Shown here: piece by piece, positions 11,798-12,374 of the stretch
Layout: every line of letters begins with the position of its first letter
How positions within the stretch are numbered: position 1 is the stretch's first letter
Origin: a virus
DNA: 12,374 bases
UHGV virus genome: UHGV-0140723
Reading direction: 5' to 3' (one strand)
Notes under the pieces: generated by a model
The model's database searches: none
What the model was told of the DNA's origin: nothing
What the model saw: only the letters and a program-made list of their open reading frames with translations
Made by a program: the position numbers and the translations under genes

Positions 11798-12374
11798 TTA
11801 ATCGTAAATTGTAGTCCCTTCTGGAACACACTTCACATCAAAGCCTAAGAACTTACTCACTTCAATAGGTGACACTTTATTCCAATCTAAATGAGAAAGC
11901 AAGAAGTTTTCTTGTTTTCTTTTTGAAAGGTAGTTTGTCACCTTAATGACCATGCGGTCACCAGCTTTCTTAATTTTCTTGTACAGCTTTGTATCATTGT
12001 CAAGGCATTCTTTCAAAGTTTGCAATCTACTAACAGTGTAAGTGTATGCAAACGGTGCAGCAACGTATTGGATTTTACCGAACATTGCCTCTACAGCCTC
12101 TTCATTACCTTCTAGGAAGATAGTTTTGTTTGTATCCCGTGAATAGCAATAACCACGAGAAATCTTCCTATTATTGAATGTAAAGTTTCTGGCAATAATC
12201 CAGCTACTTGTAAGGTCAAGAACACCATTCATGTAGATGCGTGTCATATACCTGTTATGATTAATCCAATGAACATCAGTTAAGCTGTCGTTCAAGAGCT
12301 TCTCATCTACTTCAATCCAGTCTTCTGGTATCTTTTTCCAATTTGCTTTTCGGAAAACATAGACTGTCTTCCCT
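11798..12374 (-). CDS. rIIA: rIIA protein, C-terminal ~192 codons (5' end beyond window)
   Basis: Frame is open from the TAA stop at 11798-11800 to the window edge (the track ORF starts at an internal TTG). Lies immediately upstream of rIIB in the same orientation, as in T4. I did not confirm by residue-level recall. Confidence 0.65.
   Translation of the reverse strand, partial: GKTVYVFRKANWKKIPEDWIEVDEKLLNDSLTDVHWINHNRYMTRIYMNGVLDLTSSWIIARNFTFNNRKISRGYCYSRDTNKTIFLEGNEEAVEAMFGKIQYVAAPFAYTYTVSRLQTLKECLDNDTKLYKKIKKAGDRMVIKVTNYLSKRKQENFLLSHLDWNKVSPIEVSKFLGFDVKCVPEGTTIYD

Noticed and set aside
1-12374. tRNA or other structured RNA genes
   Set aside because: I found no cloverleaf-compatible segment with the conserved tRNA boxes in the intergenic regions; the intergenic space is accounted for by cassettes, terminators and the repeat segment.

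Overview
All genes I can support in this 12.4-kb window lie on the minus strand. It looks like the early/accessory region of a T4-like myophage (inference from rIIA-rIIB synteny plus the intergenic cassette architecture). Reading in transcription order (high to low coordinate): rIIA C-terminus (11798..12374, runs off the window), a complete rIIB (10609..11718), an intrinsic terminator, then a self-contained unit with its own TTTGTA-N17-TATAAT promoter encoding a signal-peptide lytic transglycosylase, a stand-alone HAD phosphatase resembling the phosphatase half of T4 polynucleotide kinase, and an unknown 154-aa protein, closed by a second terminator. Next come a spanin-like overlapping membrane-protein/lipoprotein pair, a chain of translationally coupled small genes, and a TARG1/DarG-like macrodomain protein followed by a long terminator hairpin. 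A ~350-bp ORF-free, repeat-rich segment (6040..6400) separates this from positions 1..6040, which form a hyperplastic module array: about 14 small ORFs of unknown function, nearly each preceded by a ~90-bp repeated promoter + stem-loop + RBS cassette in two sequence families (PeSL-like). One module ORF (1782..2345) has N-terminal motifs of an H-Y-E class ADP-ribosyltransferase; together with the macrodomain protein this is the most interesting candidate system. Several six-frame ORF starts are artefacts that read through the cassettes from TTG/GTG codons; I corrected them. Functional calls are from motif recognition by eye, with no searches run.
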